From the NCBI RefSeq assembly GCF_006345805.1, contig NC_043001.1, positions 28,768,001 through 28,832,000 of the forward strand: 64,000 nucleotides of DNA, written 5' to 3'. The notes below the pieces were generated by a model. That model was given only the letters and a program-made list of their open reading frames with translations, was not told the origin of the DNA and did not search any database. This DNA comes from Octopus sinensis. Taxonomy: Eukaryota. Below are positions 23,541-36,520 of the stretch, piece after piece. Numbering within the stretch: the first letter of the stretch is position 1; the number at the start of each line of letters is the position of its first letter. Made by a program: the position numbers and the translations under genes.

Positions 23541-24002
23541 TTTTCCCTCTCTAGTTTCAGCTCAGAGCTGCGGCCATGCTGATGCACCGGCGTTTAAATA
23601 TATTTGAATACAAATGAAAAAAAGTTTTACGTTTATATACATACATACATACATACATACATACATACATACACATACACTACATATATGCACTGCATAC
23701 ATGCACATACATACACACATACATATGCAAGTACAAAGAGCATTCAATAAGTATCTAGACTGTCCCCATCTGTATATATATAAATATATATACATACACA
23801 TGCACACACACATACATATGCATATATATATATATATCATCATCGTTTAATGTCCGTTTTTCATGCTAGCATGGCTTGGACAAAATACACACACACGCAT
23901 ATATACATATGCATATATATATATACACACACACACATGCATATATACATATGCATATATATATACACACATACATATACACACACACACACACATATAT
24001 AT

Positions 24003-25600
24003 CCATCCACAGATGATGTAATAAGGGCTAGATGAAATGAACCCGAATTCAGCTATTGGCCTTGATGGATTCCCAGCAATCCTTCTCAAAGCATGTAAGC
24101 GAGTCCTAGCAAGACCACCGCAGTCCCTCTTTCACAGCTTCCTTGCAACTGGAAAACTTCCGAGCAAGCTGAAGGAGGGTAAAACATGCCCTCTCATAAA
24201 GGAAGTAGCAGAGCAGAGGTCAAAAACTATCTCTCTGACCTCACACATCAGCAAAGTCATGGAACAAATAGTCACTTTCCTTGAGGGAAATGACTTGCTG
24301 ACTGACATCCAACATGGTTTCCGACCAGGAAGAAGCAGCTTGACTCAAGTCTTACAACACTATGACTGCATGCTGAAACAGCTGCTTAACCACTCAAATG
24401 TTGATGTAATATATCTCAACTTTGCAAAGGTCTTCGATAAAGCTGATCATGGAATAGGTCACAAACTGCGTGATCTCAGCAGAGTCGGGAAATTGGGAGA
24501 ATGGCTGTATGACTTTCTGAAGGATAGATGTCAGGTGGTAGTAGTCAATGGCGCCACCTCCAATGACATGCAAATAGTGAGCGACATTCCACAAGGCACT
24601 GTTTTGGGACCACTATTGTTCATAATGGCCCTCTCAGATATGCCCTCAGCCACACAGAGAGCCACAATCACAAGTTATGGAAACGATACAAAAGTTTCAC
24701 AGGTGATACAGAAACCTGAAGACACTATGCACCTACAATGTGAGTTGGATGAAATATGCAAGTAGGCTGAGAAGAATAACGTGCAGTATAATGCTGAAAG
24801 GTTTCAAGCCTTGTGCTATCAGCATGCAAGACTAAATGCAATACCAATTAAATACATTGGACCTGGAGGGATTCGAATCCCAGAGACACAGTCAGTGAGA
24901 GACCTGGGCATTTACATGAGTAATGATGCATCCTTCCGTGTGCATGTGGCTAAGTTGGCAATGAAATGCAGGCAGCTACATTTCAGGAAACTATGATGGT
25001 CCTCTGAAGGACGCTTGTCCGAAGCCACTTTGACTATTGCTTCCAGCTATGGTCATCAACCAGTGTAAAATTAATTGCAGAACTTGAGGCAATCCAACGA
25101 AGCCACATAAAGAAGATAGCCTCTGTACAGCATATAAGCTACTGGGAAAGATTCAAGAGATTAAGACTTTATTCTCTGGAGCGTAGACAGGAAAGATATG
25201 CCGTAATATACATCTGGAAGATCCTAGAGGGACTTGTCCCAAACATTGGCATTGAGAGTTACAGTAACGCTAGAAAAATTGGCGCCACTGCATCGTGCCA
25301 AAGACTCCAACTTTGCCATCAAAATATAGGACAAGATATTGCATTAGCCTAGGATTTAAAGGACCATAGCTCTTCAATATCCTCTTGAAGGACCTGAGAG
25401 ATTTACATGGGGTGGATGTAGCTGTTTTCAAAACAAAACTAGACTTCTTACTGTCAAGTGTCCAAGATGAACCAACTTCAGAGCATGAAGTGCAGATGAG
25501 GGCAGTGGCATAAAACTCTCTCATGCACAAAATGTCAATTTCTAAAAAGAATTAGTGAAGTAAAATTATGTAGCAACACCAAATGGCGGTGCCCTGGCAT
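24003..25600 (+). mobile_element. 5'-truncated CR1/L2-group LINE, RT pseudogene (ORF 24037-24765)
   Basis: GLDG, ISLTSHISKVME, QHGFRPGRS, DVIYLNFAKVFD, IPQGTVLGPLLF, YGNDTK (YADD decayed), VRDLGI. Stops and frameshifts downstream. Confidence 0.92.
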
Positions 25601-25879
25601 GGCAACAGCTTATTTAAATGCAAAAAGTCAGATGAAACAGGATCAAATTCTATGGATATTTTAGGTAATCAAATGGCTGTATGTGAGAACTATAAAATAC
25701 ATAAGAAAGCCTTTCTACAATCTACATAATTACATAAAATCACAACACTCAACCCACCTAAAATAAATTTACAAACAATTCAAAATTTATCCTAGACAAT
25801 CTGGAATAAGTTAAACCAATTTTGCATACATTGATACTAAATCGAAACATTTTAAGAATGCCCATAACGGTCTGGGGTT

Positions 25880-27105
25880 CTTCTGACACAATCTGAGCAT
25901 TGAAGTCATTCGGCAACAGATGACAGTTCTTCTGTTGAAACAGATGCGTCTGACATGGCTATTGCCGATACGTTGAATCAGGATGGTCAACAGAAAAAGG
26001 AAAATTTATTCTTGATAAACATCTTTACAGAATTTAAAATCATGGATTTCAGGTCTTTGACGACATCAACTGCCTCTTTAGAAAGTGGAAAAACGGAAAT
26101 GGTAATTAGCGGTTGTATTCGGTGTGAAAAGTGTGGAACCCATTTCGAATAGGACACAAATAATCCCAAAATATGTGACAAAGACTTTTTATTTTGTGGT
26201 AAAGGCATATCTTTCAGAGCAGAAAAGTGCAACAGGTCGAGTTGACATTCATTATAGCTTATCTGATATCCCAAAATATTAATAGAAGTAGTATTTAACA
26301 CACATGTATTCTTATTTAGCGTAATATTGTACCTTTTTGCACAATCCAAAAACCTAGAAAGATTATTATTCTGCTCTTCTTTAGTGTTACCACCAATCAC
26401 AATATCGTCAAAATATGCAGGAATCTTTTCTAATTTATTTTAATTTATGAAATTGTCAATAATTTGCTGAAAACAAGTGACACCATTCATCAAACCATAA
26501 GGAAATTGTGTAAACTGACACAAGCTGAGTAATCAATAACTGGTAATCAATAACCACTTGTACTTGTGGTCTCCATGGTGAATTGCTTGGCTTGATGATG
26601 CCTTCCTTCAACAAACGCTCAGTTTCAAAAGAGATAAATCAAGCCATCAGACATTTCAAATTTTCTGGATTGCATAATTATGGGTTTACAAGCTGGCGAT
26701 AAATGAGAGAACACTCAAAGAGGATCCATTATGATAGATGCTAAGAAACACACTTCTAAGTTTGGACATGGTCCCCCATATTTCATTTTACTGGAAGAGT
26801 GCTTACTGAGGAAAGGTATTCCTAATATAACATCAGTGCATGAATCGGGTAGTACTAGAAATTGAATGTCAGGATATATCCGTCCTCAAAGAGTTATATC
26901 TAATTTGCAGCACGCTTTGACAGACGACTTTAAATTAACTGCAGCCATCAATATAGTACCATTATACAGAGAAGTAGGAAGCTGAAGAGAGCTAACCAAG
27001 GATTTCGAAAGGAAATTTTCCAAGCTTCCAGTGTCTAAGAGAGCTTTTAATGAAAATCCATTTATAGATATTTCTATCACCGAAGAGAGAGAAGGATGCA
27101 AAAAA
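25880..27105 (-). mobile_element. Ty3/Gypsy pol remnant (protease, RT, start of RNase H, integrase tail) with internal deletions
   Basis: KALLDTGS, GIIKPSNSPWR, FTQFPYGL, AYFDDIVIGG, ILGYQI; ETDASD lies on the opposite strand; VRRTPDRYG. Confidence 0.88.
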
Positions 27106-27234
27106 ACCCAAAAAAAACACCTGAGCTAGATATATAAAAATATACATACATATATACATGTAAATAGAAAAAAAAAGACTGAAAATATTCATCTTATGAA
27201 TATTCATGCATAAATACAGATATTCATATATTAA

Positions 27235-27625
27235 CAGGAGTGGCTGTGTGGTAAGTAGCTTGTTTACAAACCACATGGAACCGGGTTCAGTCCCACTGCA
27301 TGGCACCTTGGGCAAGTGTCTTCTACTATAGCCTCGGGCCGACCAAAGCCTTGTGAGTGGATTTGGTAGACGGAAACTGAAAGAAGCCCGTCGTATACAT
27401 GTATGTATATATATATGCGTGTGTGTGTTTATCCCCCTAGCATTGCTTGACAACCGATGCTGGTGTGTTTATGTCCTCGTTACTTAGCGGTTCGGCAAAA
27501 GAGACCGATAGAATAAGTACTGGGCTTACAAAAGAATAAGTCCCGGGGTCGAGTTGCTTGATTAAAGGCGGTGCTCCAGCATGGCCGCAGTCAAAATGAC
27601 TGAAACAAATAAAAGAGTAAAGAGT
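27235..27625 (+). mobile_element. OR-type SINE, young and CpG-rich
   Basis: Near-consensus family sequence. Confidence 0.88.
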
Positions 27626-27861
27626 AACAGAGCAAACTTACATATAGTAGAAAGTCACAGGAAATTAAGGGGAGAAGGTATGGTATTACAGACCCGACAG
27701 TTGTTTCTGGGGGTTCGGAATTATGTAATAATGTTTGCAAATGTAGTTTGCAAAAGGTCCAAAGATATGCAGCCAGTAGTAGAAGCATATAAACATCAGG
27801 TAGATCCAGTCTCCATCTTCAGGATGGGGAGACAGAAGTGTCGGGTACAGAGAATGTTTAA

Positions 27862-28082
27862 CCCTTTAGCATTTAAACCGGCCATATCTGGCCAAAAGTA
27901 TTCTGCGTGTTTTATGGTCAAACTGGCCAGATCTGGTCTCTCACACCAACCCCACAATATCGTTTTAAAAATTAACAGCTACCTCATCAAAATCTCATAG
28001 CTACAAGATAATGCATGATTAGTTCAAAACAATGTGGATAAAGAAGCATTAATTTTGGCAGAATAATGCGAACACTAAAGGG
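27862..28082. mobile_element. piggyBac-type MITE
   Basis: TTAA TSDs and CCCTTTAG termini. Inverted relative to 13233-13452. Confidence 0.85.
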
Positions 28083-28680
28083 TTAAGAAAGCAAACAAGA
28101 GTTTCTTAGAATTTTTTTTTTTATCAACTTAGCTATAAATTTCACTTTTGCTGCAGTAATAGTGGTAGTAGTAGTAGTAGTAGTAGTTGACAAATCATTT
28201 TAATGAGAACACTGACTAAAAGTTGTGCACAGATGTCCAGTTGATAATTATAGGCTGTCTTAAAGTCAACACTAGACTGAAACAAATAACTGTCTCCCAA
28301 ATTTGTCATTTTCAACTCACAATTCAAATCCTACTGAGATTTAAATTTAGTACTTACACCATTCAGCTGTCAATAAAATAAGGGATCCTCTATAACGGTT
28401 ACTTGATTTTCTAGAAATAGCAACCAAATCCCTCCTGAATTACAATCACCTATCATCTTCAAGAAGGACATACTGAATAATGTTGTCTTACGCTGAGCAA
28501 GACATTAAACTGCATCCAGCAATGAGGTTTCAGCTTGGAAATTCAGGAGTTTCAAGGAGTATGAAAGTACCCCTAAGTTACCACTATTCCCAAGTTCACC
28601 CTGGCCTGGGGTGGTTGGTTACCAACTGTTAAGGGTCATAGTTATGTATCAAATAGCAAAAGATGATCTTATATGTAATC

Positions 28681-29433
28681 CAGTGGTTCTTAACCTTTTT
28701 CTAGTGCCCTTTTTTAAGTAGTTGTCATGCCTTGCACCCACCAAAGTGATGAGTGAGGTATCACAACTAAAGTAAACTTAATATGGAAGATATTTTATAA
28801 ATCAATTGCAGCGTGGAAGGTGTTTATAAGCCATTTAAGAAACACACAAAAACCGTTAGATTCACTTCAACATTTAAATCGACTGACAAAATTCTGTGCT
28901 GCATCTCTGTGCAGCACAGAATTTTGTCAGTGAACAGGTTGCGGTCTCAAAGTGACAAAAATATTTTGACAAATTAAATTTAAATGTTGAAGTGAATCTA
29001 ACGGTTTTTGTGAGTTTTTTAAATTGCTTATAAACACCTTCCACGCTGCAATTGTTTTCGTTCCAGCAAACGATCTCAGATCAGGTCACTTGCTATGCAA
29101 GTACATCTCCGTAATATTTTATAAATGTTATTTAAATAGCAATCGCAATATACATAGGAAACAAGTACTATTGTGTGCCTTAAAAATACTAATCAAGGCA
29201 GAGAGATAAAATTAATTGTTCTTGTTCAAACATGTCTTTAGCCATGATATATACTTATCTCTCATTTTAGTTTAATAACCATTACAAGTTTTTATCATGT
29301 AGAATATAATTACTACTGTACGTTAAATTTAGTATACTAATTGTTACCTAACTGCACCCCCTAAAGTCTAACATCCCCTTCAACATGCCTAGTACTCCAT
29401 TTGGAGTAGTACCATCCACACTGAGAACCTCTG
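28681..29433. mobile_element. Non-autonomous hAT element
   Basis: TIRs CAGTGGTTCTTAA / rc CAGAGGTTCTCAG. 8-bp TSD ATGTAATC / CTGTAATC. Confidence 0.75.
28803..29054. mobile_element. Palindromic fold-back element nested in the hAT
   Basis: ~77-bp outer arms, CAATTGCAGCGTGGAAGG...CATTTAAAT. Perfect 22-bp inner hairpin 28882-28903 / 28910-28931. Confidence 0.8.
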
Positions 29434-30261
29434 CTGTAATCAAAGCAAACAGGAATACAAAGAAGAGCTTGCTCCTAAACATGCATCACTCAAGCCCTCA
29501 CTCAAGCCAACCAGTCTATGGATGTCATGTGAACAAGTCCTCAGTGTAAGAGTGGAGTAGAAGACTTCACATAATGCATGGCTGGATAAAGTGGTGCATG
29601 AAGGAAAGAAAAGGTGCAAGTGGGTCACTCACATGCATGCATATGTGCACGTACATGCACACACTTCATGTCCCTTTACATTCTGAATTCAAATCCCATT
29701 GAGATCAGCTTTATATTTCATCCTTCAGAAAGACAATAAAAGGGGAAATACAAGTCAAGTACTGAGGTCATTTCAATTGACCATTACCCTCTTCACAAAA
29801 ATATGTAGCCATATGCCAGTGTGAGGTAGTAAGTGTATATTACAATCAGCAGAAATAATAGGGTACTATACAAAATGCCTTGCGATATTTAGCTGTATAT
29901 TTTTATATCCTGCCAGGAACAACTTTGCCTTTCATCCTTTGGTAGAGAGGAGCATAAAATAAAGCATGTTAAATGTGAATAGAAATATAATAGATGAGAA
30001 AGAAAGAGTATTGTATTATTCTAGGAGTAAGATTACAGAATCAGTTGAATGCCAAATGAAATTCATTCCAGCATTTAGTCTTGCCCCTCTGTATCCTGAA
30101 TTCAAATTTTTTGACTGTCTATAAACTACATACAAGTAATATATAAAGTGATTAGCTGAATCAACTACAGCCCTTTAAAATATTTGTGACTTGAGATCAA
30201 CATTGCACTATTTTACTAGGTCTTTTTAATAGAGATTGAGCAATATTTTAATCTTCTAGAT

Positions 30262-30517
30262 CAGTGCTGCTCAAAGTGGGGGTCCACAAACCGGTGCCAG
30301 TCCGCAAGCCATCAGCTGTCGGTATGTGGAGAGTTTCCAGAAAACAAAGAAACATTATAAAATATTTATAAGATATTGTATTATTTGGTTACAAAATAAA
30401 TATAAGATAAAAAAAAAATGTCAACTTTTATCATATTCATTATATATATTGTTTCTGGTATAAATTAATATTACTAAATATTACCGGTCACTGGCACACT
30501 AGAAAAAAACTGCACAT
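30262..30517. mobile_element. hAT (Charlie/Buster-like) MITE fragment
   Basis: Begins CAGTGCTGCTCAAAGTG right after TTCTAGAT. The right end is degenerate. Confidence 0.5.
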
Positions 30518-30736
30518 TGGAAAAAAGAAATATAGGCTTCATGAAAACATCATTGCACTTCACCCATCTTAAACAGGAACATCATGTAACTAGATCTTTC
30601 GAGATTGCGCCATATACCAGTGAGAATTTTTCTTGGTAAACACACGTCTTTAACACAGCTAAAACCACAAATCAAAGACTGACACTTCTCTTCTGAACTA
30701 GAAAATACAGTACTTTCCTATTATCTACAGCCACTT

Positions 30737-30775
<39 letters not shown>

Positions 30776-31310
30776 AAAAGGTTTAGTAAATATCTATAAC
30801 ACTTAAGAGTAGGTTATTACAATTGATTGGCAGACTTTCAGAATAGCTATCAGTATCTCACAGTGAAAACTCCCAGTAAAAATTTACTGGAAAATAGTAT
30901 GGAAATGGAGGGCAAAAATGTATTAAGAAAAGTTTTGGACAAAAAAAATCTTTCACTGAAGTAAACAATCACCTTGCCTTTTCTTTCTCCATGGGGTAGT
31001 AATAGCTATTATGAAAGTCCAGTGATCAACTATTACACCCCTTTCATGGGTGTGATAGTTCATTATTTACTAATCCAAGCTGTCAATAATAGGGAAATAT
31101 CAAAAAGTACTTTTAAATCCAAACAATTAATGAACTCCTATGAAGCTCGGGTGAAACATGCAGGCATCATAGACTGAATCTACAGAAAGGCCACCCAACT
31201 AAATAGCATAAAGTCACTCACAGACACAATCTAGCATCTGGTCGAGACTCATTAACTTCTCTCTCTTTTCTACTACTACTACAATTATATCTGCTCTTTG
31301 GAATTGATTC

Positions 31311-31548
31311 ATACCTATTTCTTTACTACCCACAAGGGGCTAAACACAGAGAGGACAAACAAGGACAGACAAATGGATTAAGTCAATTATATCGACCCCA
31401 GTGTTTCACTGGTACTTAATTTATCGACCCCGAAAGGATGAAAGGCAAAGTCAACCTCGGCGGAATTTGAACTCAGAACGTAGCGGCAGATGAAATACTG
31501 CTAAGCATTTTGCCCGGTGTGCTAACGTTTCTGCCAGCTCGCCACCTT
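31311..31548 (-). mobile_element. Second tRNA-derived SINE family (central GCCTTTCATCCTTTCGGGGTCGATAAA domain)
   Basis: Minus-strand head GGTGGCGAGCTGGCAGAAACGTTAGCA and B-box GAGTTCAAATTCC. Many other copies, e.g. 34008-34240, 35836-36063, 42900-43120, 61590-61825. Confidence 0.85.
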
Positions 31549-32149
31549 GGAGTTGATTCATACCACCTCCAATCAAGTACTTCCAACTTGCTCCTCTTTC
31601 CTCCTCCCTTTACTCTTGTTGTGTCCAACTCCAACTAATTACCAAGCCCAGTCCCTCTTTTCCAGAATGCTGGTCCTCTAGAATTAATCTCTTTGCAATT
31701 GTCTATCTTACTATCACTGACTTGCAACAGTTTAAATAAAGTTAATGATGTCAGTCTCGTTAGCATTGGAGGGTCTGAAAGAGTCATGAACAATGCCCTT
31801 TCTTCCAAACCTATAAAAAATATATATAAATACATCTTTTTGTCTCTTAATATCATAAATGCAACTTTTTCTCTTAAAATCATAAATATCATTCATCCTA
31901 GTATCACTTTTTTCTCAGTACCATAAATACATATTTTGCCTAATATCATAATAACTTTATATCTTTCCCTACCACCAAATACTATAAAAAAATATATCTC
32001 ATTTTTCTTAATATCATAAATATACTTTTTTTTAACCTTATGCCATAAACACACCTTATTTTTGATATCATAAATACACAGTTAAAGATAACAGCTAAGT
32101 TGTCAAATGCACAATTAATTTTGACAACTATATAGTTGAAAGTGCAATT

Positions 32150-32420
32150 AAGGAAATGGAAGCTGAAAAGGCTGCTGCAGTATCAGGGATAATTAGAGAT
32201 AATTACTGAAACACTTAGAATATGTAGTGAAGTAGGTCATGCACTTGCATAGTCAATCAGGTAATAGAGAGAGGCATCATACAAAATGACTGATGCAGCA
32301 GCATCACCAACTGTCACAAATGCCAAGGAGATGCTAGAAAATAGCAATTACAGAAGAGTCAAACTGATGGACCAAATTATGAAGGTGCTGTGGTGAGAGT
32401 CATTGACACACCTGTGGGAT
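32150..32420 (+). mobile_element. RTE RT N-terminal remnant
   Basis: SNYRRVKLMDQIMKV resembles the RTE NYRGIKL...MKV motif. Confidence 0.55.
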
Positions 32421-33029
32421 TGGACGAGCCGAACTCTTATAAAAAGTAGCATTGAGATGGGGGAAGTCAGAAGAGTCGTTGAGAGTTCCTGGAAGTCGTT
32501 GAGATCATTGTGAATTTGTATTTATTGGAGTATTGTGTTTAGTGGAATAATTTGAAGTACGTTGTGAGAAGACAGCTGTGTCAATCCCCACTTCATGAAA
32601 TCTGTATATCCAACATATCGTCATTGTCGTTTAATGTCCACTTTTTATGCTAGCATGGGTTGGACAGTTTGACCGAGGGCTGGCAAACCAGAAGGCTGCA
32701 CCAGGCTCCAAGGAGAATATAAAAGAAGGTTACCTAAAGAGTTATAGCAGTGCCAGTTAGGAAGAGAATTAGTCAAGATGAGATGGAGTTTAAGTTTTTG
32801 TTGGGTTGGGAAACCACTGATGCCTCAAGTGAGATAACTGCAGGATAAGTACTTAACTGGAGGTAAATCACATCTTCTAATATCCATCACCTGGAGAAGG
32901 CCTTCAACAAGGTTCCACATACTGTTTCGTTACTATGAAAAACTAGGTGTACATGAATGATTTGCGAGAACAGTACATGCCATGTCAGCAAAGTGAGAGT
33001 TAGCAATAATTTCAGCAATGAATTTAGCA

Positions 33030-33345
33030 TGCATGGCTCAGTGGTTAGAGCATCAAGCTTACGATCGCGAGGTTGTGAGTTCAAATCCCAGACCAGGCTG
33101 TGTGTTGTGTTCCTGAGCAAGACACTTTATTTCACGTTGCTCCAGTTCACTCAGCTGTAGAAATGAGTTGTGATATCACAGGTGCCAAGCTGTATTGGCC
33201 CTTGCCTTTCTCTTGGATAACACTGGTGGCATGGAGAGGGGAGGCTGGTATACATGAGCGACTGGTGGTCTTCCATAAACAACCTTGCTTGGACTTGTGT
33301 CTGGGAGGGTAGCTTTCTCAGTGCAATCCCATGGTAAGTCATGAC
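33030..33345 (+). mobile_element. Third tRNA-derived SINE family
   Basis: A-box TGGCTCAGTGGTTAGAGC, B-box GAGTTCAAATCC, then GTGTTCCTGAGCAAGACACTT. Related partial copies at about 34600-34730 and about 46340-46640 (minus). Confidence 0.8.
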
Positions 33346-33409
33346 CAAAAGATGTCTTAAAAAAAAGGGGAGGAATTCATCAGAATGGAGAACTACTATA
33401 AATAGGAAG

Positions 33410-33720
33410 AGGCTCCTCTTGTTTATTGTAGTTCTCCTGGTCATAACAAAGAAGTTTAATATTGGTTATCCATGGGTAATCCTGCATATTGATGACCTGA
33501 TTCTTATAACTGAATTTATTGAAAATTTAGAGAGGAAATTCCAGAAATGAAAGCAAAATCTATAATCAAGGGACTTCAAAATAAACTTAGCAAAGACAAA
33601 AATTTTAAGAGGAAAGAAGACAGAACCCTACTGCCATCTGGGAAAAGACTATTCAGGAAAGTAATAGGTAGAAACCTTATACAGTATACCCAGCGTAACC
33701 TATGGAAGCATAAAAGAAGT
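33410..33720 (+). mobile_element. RTE RT core remnant
   Basis: IGYPWVILHIDDLILI...INLAKTK. Confidence 0.7.
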
Positions 33721-34316
33721 GGTTATTTTAGCTTTTACTCGTCTCAGTCATTTCGTCTGCAGCTGTGCTAGGGTACCACTTTGAATGGTTTTAGTATAAA
33801 AAATTTTTTTTTTAAACACCCAAGGACTGTTTTAAGGCTAGTACTTATTCTGTCAGTCTCTTTTACTGAACCACTAAGTTACAGGGACATAAACACATCA
33901 GCGCCAACTGTCAGGAGGGGGTGGGGCAAACACAGGCACAAAGACATACATCACATATATATATATATTATATACACACACACATACAATGGGCTTTTTG
34001 CAGTTTCTTATTTCTTTATTGCCCACAAGGGGCTAAACACAGAGGGGACAAACAAGGACAGACAAAGGGATTAAGTCAATTATATCAACCCCAGTGCGTA
34101 ACTGGTACTTAATTTCATCAACCCCGAAAGGATGAAAGGCAAAATCAACCTTGGCCGAATTTGAACTCAGAACGTAACAGCAGACAAAATACTGCTTAGC
34201 ATTTCGCCCGGCGTGCTAACATTTCTGCCAGCTCGCAGCCTTTTTTCAGTTTCTGCCTACCAAATCCACTCACAAAGCTTTGGTAGGCCCAAGGCTGTAG
34301 TAGAAGACACATGCCC
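33715..34316 (-). mobile_element. OR-type SINE interrupted by a second-family SINE (about 34008-34240)
   Basis: CAGTTTCT is duplicated on both sides of the insertion. Confidence 0.75.
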
Positions 34317-34321
34317 ATTAA

Positions 34322-34543
34322 CCCTTTAGCATTCAGATTACTCTGCCACATGTAAAACTTATTTATTCACTTTATTTAGAATTTATCATGCATTATCTAG
34401 TAACTTCAAAATTTTCATGAAGTGTTTGTTTATTTTTTAGAATGATATTGTAGAGTAAGTGTGAAAGGTTGGATCTGGTTATTTTGATCATAAAACAAGT
34501 AGAATGTTCGGGCCAGATATGACCCAGTTTAAATGCTAAAGGG
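34322..34543. mobile_element. piggyBac-type MITE
   Basis: TTAA TSDs; CCCTTTAGC / GCTAAAGGG termini. Confidence 0.85.
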
Positions 34544-34944
34544 TTAAACCACATAAAATATAATACAGATGTAAACTAGAATCAGCAAAGGCTTTTGACC
34601 ATGTGGTTAGGGTGTTACACTCCTGATTGTAAGGTCATAGTTTCAATTCCTAGCCCAGGTAGTGTGTTGTGTTCTTGATCAAAATACATTTCATTCTGCT
34701 CTGGTCCACTCAACTGTAAATGAATTCCAACAATAGCTTTGAAGTTAACCCCGAGAGAGACTGGTGTCCCATTCTGGGGGAGGTGTTGTAAACCTAGTCA
34801 CTTATACAAACCATGGAGACCAGGTTAAGCTTTTAGCATTCAAACCAGCTATACCCAGCCCAAATACTCTACAAGTTGTGTTCAAACTGACCAGATCAGG
34901 CTTTTCATATCTACCCTGCAATGTCATTCTAAAAATTAAACAAG

Positions 34945-35252
34945 AGTGGCTGTGTGGTAAGTAGCTTGCTTACCAACCACATGGTTCCAGGTTCAGTCCC
35001 ACGCAGTGGGACTGAATATATATATATATTTGTGTGTGTGTGTGTTTGTGTGTCTGTGTTTGTCCCCCCAACATCGCTTAACAACCTATGCTAGTGTGTT
35101 TACGTCCCCGTAACTTAGCAGTCCGGCAAAAGAGACCGATAGAATAAGTACTAGGCTTACAAAGAATAAGTCCTGGGGTTGATTTGCTCAACTAAAGGCG
35201 GTGCTCTAGCATGGCCACAGTCAAATGACTGAAACAAGTAAAAGAGTAAAAG
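34945..35252 (+). mobile_element. OR-type SINE with internal deletion
   Basis: Head joined directly to microsatellite and tail. Confidence 0.8.
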
Positions 35253-35835
35253 AGATGATAACGATTCAGGAAAAAATCAAATTGTCATAGATAGAAAACA
35301 AATTAAGATATTAACAATCTGAGTTTCACTGAATATCAATTCCCAATTGCAATCATTTTACTTTGCCTATGCAGTTTAATACCTATTCAGAATTGCATCT
35401 ATACTGTGCAGTCTTTATAAATGTGTGACCACCTTGTTGATTTATGTACATCAAATACAGTACAATAGGTAAACTGTATGGGTAACACCTGTTGCTCTTT
35501 GGAGAGAGAGAGAGAGTATTGATCAAATATTTATAGGTTTTTTGCTTTTTTGAAGCAGCCTACTTTCCAAATCCAGCAAACTATAGATAAATTAATGTTA
35601 ACAATTTAATGCATAGATCAATTCAAAACTAATCGGAAATGAATATGCAAGAAGTGGGGAAAAAAATATGATATTAGTAATTTTCATGTGACTCATTTCT
35701 GAAATATTGAATATTTAATTTCTGCACATTCATTATTTTAGAAGGTAGAATAAAAACTTGATTATCAAAACCTTAAACAATGATTCTGAAAGATACATAA
35801 GGGTTATGATTCACTTAAGAGATCAGAAGAGATTT

Positions 35836-36063
35836 AAGGCGGCGAGCTGGCAGAAACGTTAGCATGCTGGGCGAAGTGCTTAGCAGTCTTTCGTCAGCCG
35901 TTACGTTCTGAGTTCAAATTCCGCCGAGGTCGACTTTGCCTTTCATCCTTTCGGGGTCGATAAATTAAGTTACCAGTTACGCACTGGGGTCGATGTAATC
36001 AACTTAATCCCTTTGTCTGTCCCCTCTGTGTTTAGCCCCTTGTGGGCAATAAAGAAATAAGAA
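35836..36063 (+). mobile_element. Second-family SINE, full length
   Basis: GGCGGCGAGCTGGCAGAAACG...GTGGGCAATAAAGAAATAAG. Confidence 0.85.
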
Positions 36064-36069
36064 ATCAGA

Positions 36070-36520
36070 ATAGGGTTGAAATTTGTCAGCAAGTTGTCCC
36101 TTGCATTCTAGGAAGGGAAAATATTTGACACTAATTTTTTTTTTCCTTTCTTTCTCCTTATATAGTTTATATATGGCTCCACATGCCTCACGGCACATAT
36201 TGTACCAGTCTATTATTGTATTTTTAGATTTTCATGTTCGAGTCCCTGCTGTAGTCATGGGTATAGCCATGACAAGGAAAAGTAGTTCTAAAATCTCACT
36301 CAGGCTCAACTTGCAGTTTCATTTGTTGTTAATGTCCGAATAATGGAAAAATTGGTTACACTTTCGTTTTTCCTGCATGACAGCACCACCTCGATGTCAA
36401 GGATCTGCTTCTTGTTGTGTATCCAGCAGACTGTAATCTAGTAAAAATGTGACTGCTGTTCCCTCTGTCAAGATGACATGGGTATAAAAATCTTTCAGCA
36501 ACATATTAACGTAAGGTAAA
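36070..36520 (-). pseudogene. Merlin (IS1016/ISXO2-like) transposase N-terminal remnant
   Basis: One frame with 3 stops: ...FLLDYSLLDTQQEADP*HRGGAVMQEKRKC...KLSLSEILELLFL...*KSKNTIIDWYNMCREAC. The T..DWYN.CRE.C motif is typical of this family. Confidence 0.6.

Noticed and set aside
27630-27860. Possible exon or Gypsy gag remnant
   Set aside because: It has a minus-strand GTAAGT donor and hydrophobic frames, but T-rich DNA yields these by composition. No clear CCHC motif.
33030-33100. tRNA-like sequence
   Set aside because: It has A/B boxes but no proper acceptor stem, and continues into a SINE body.
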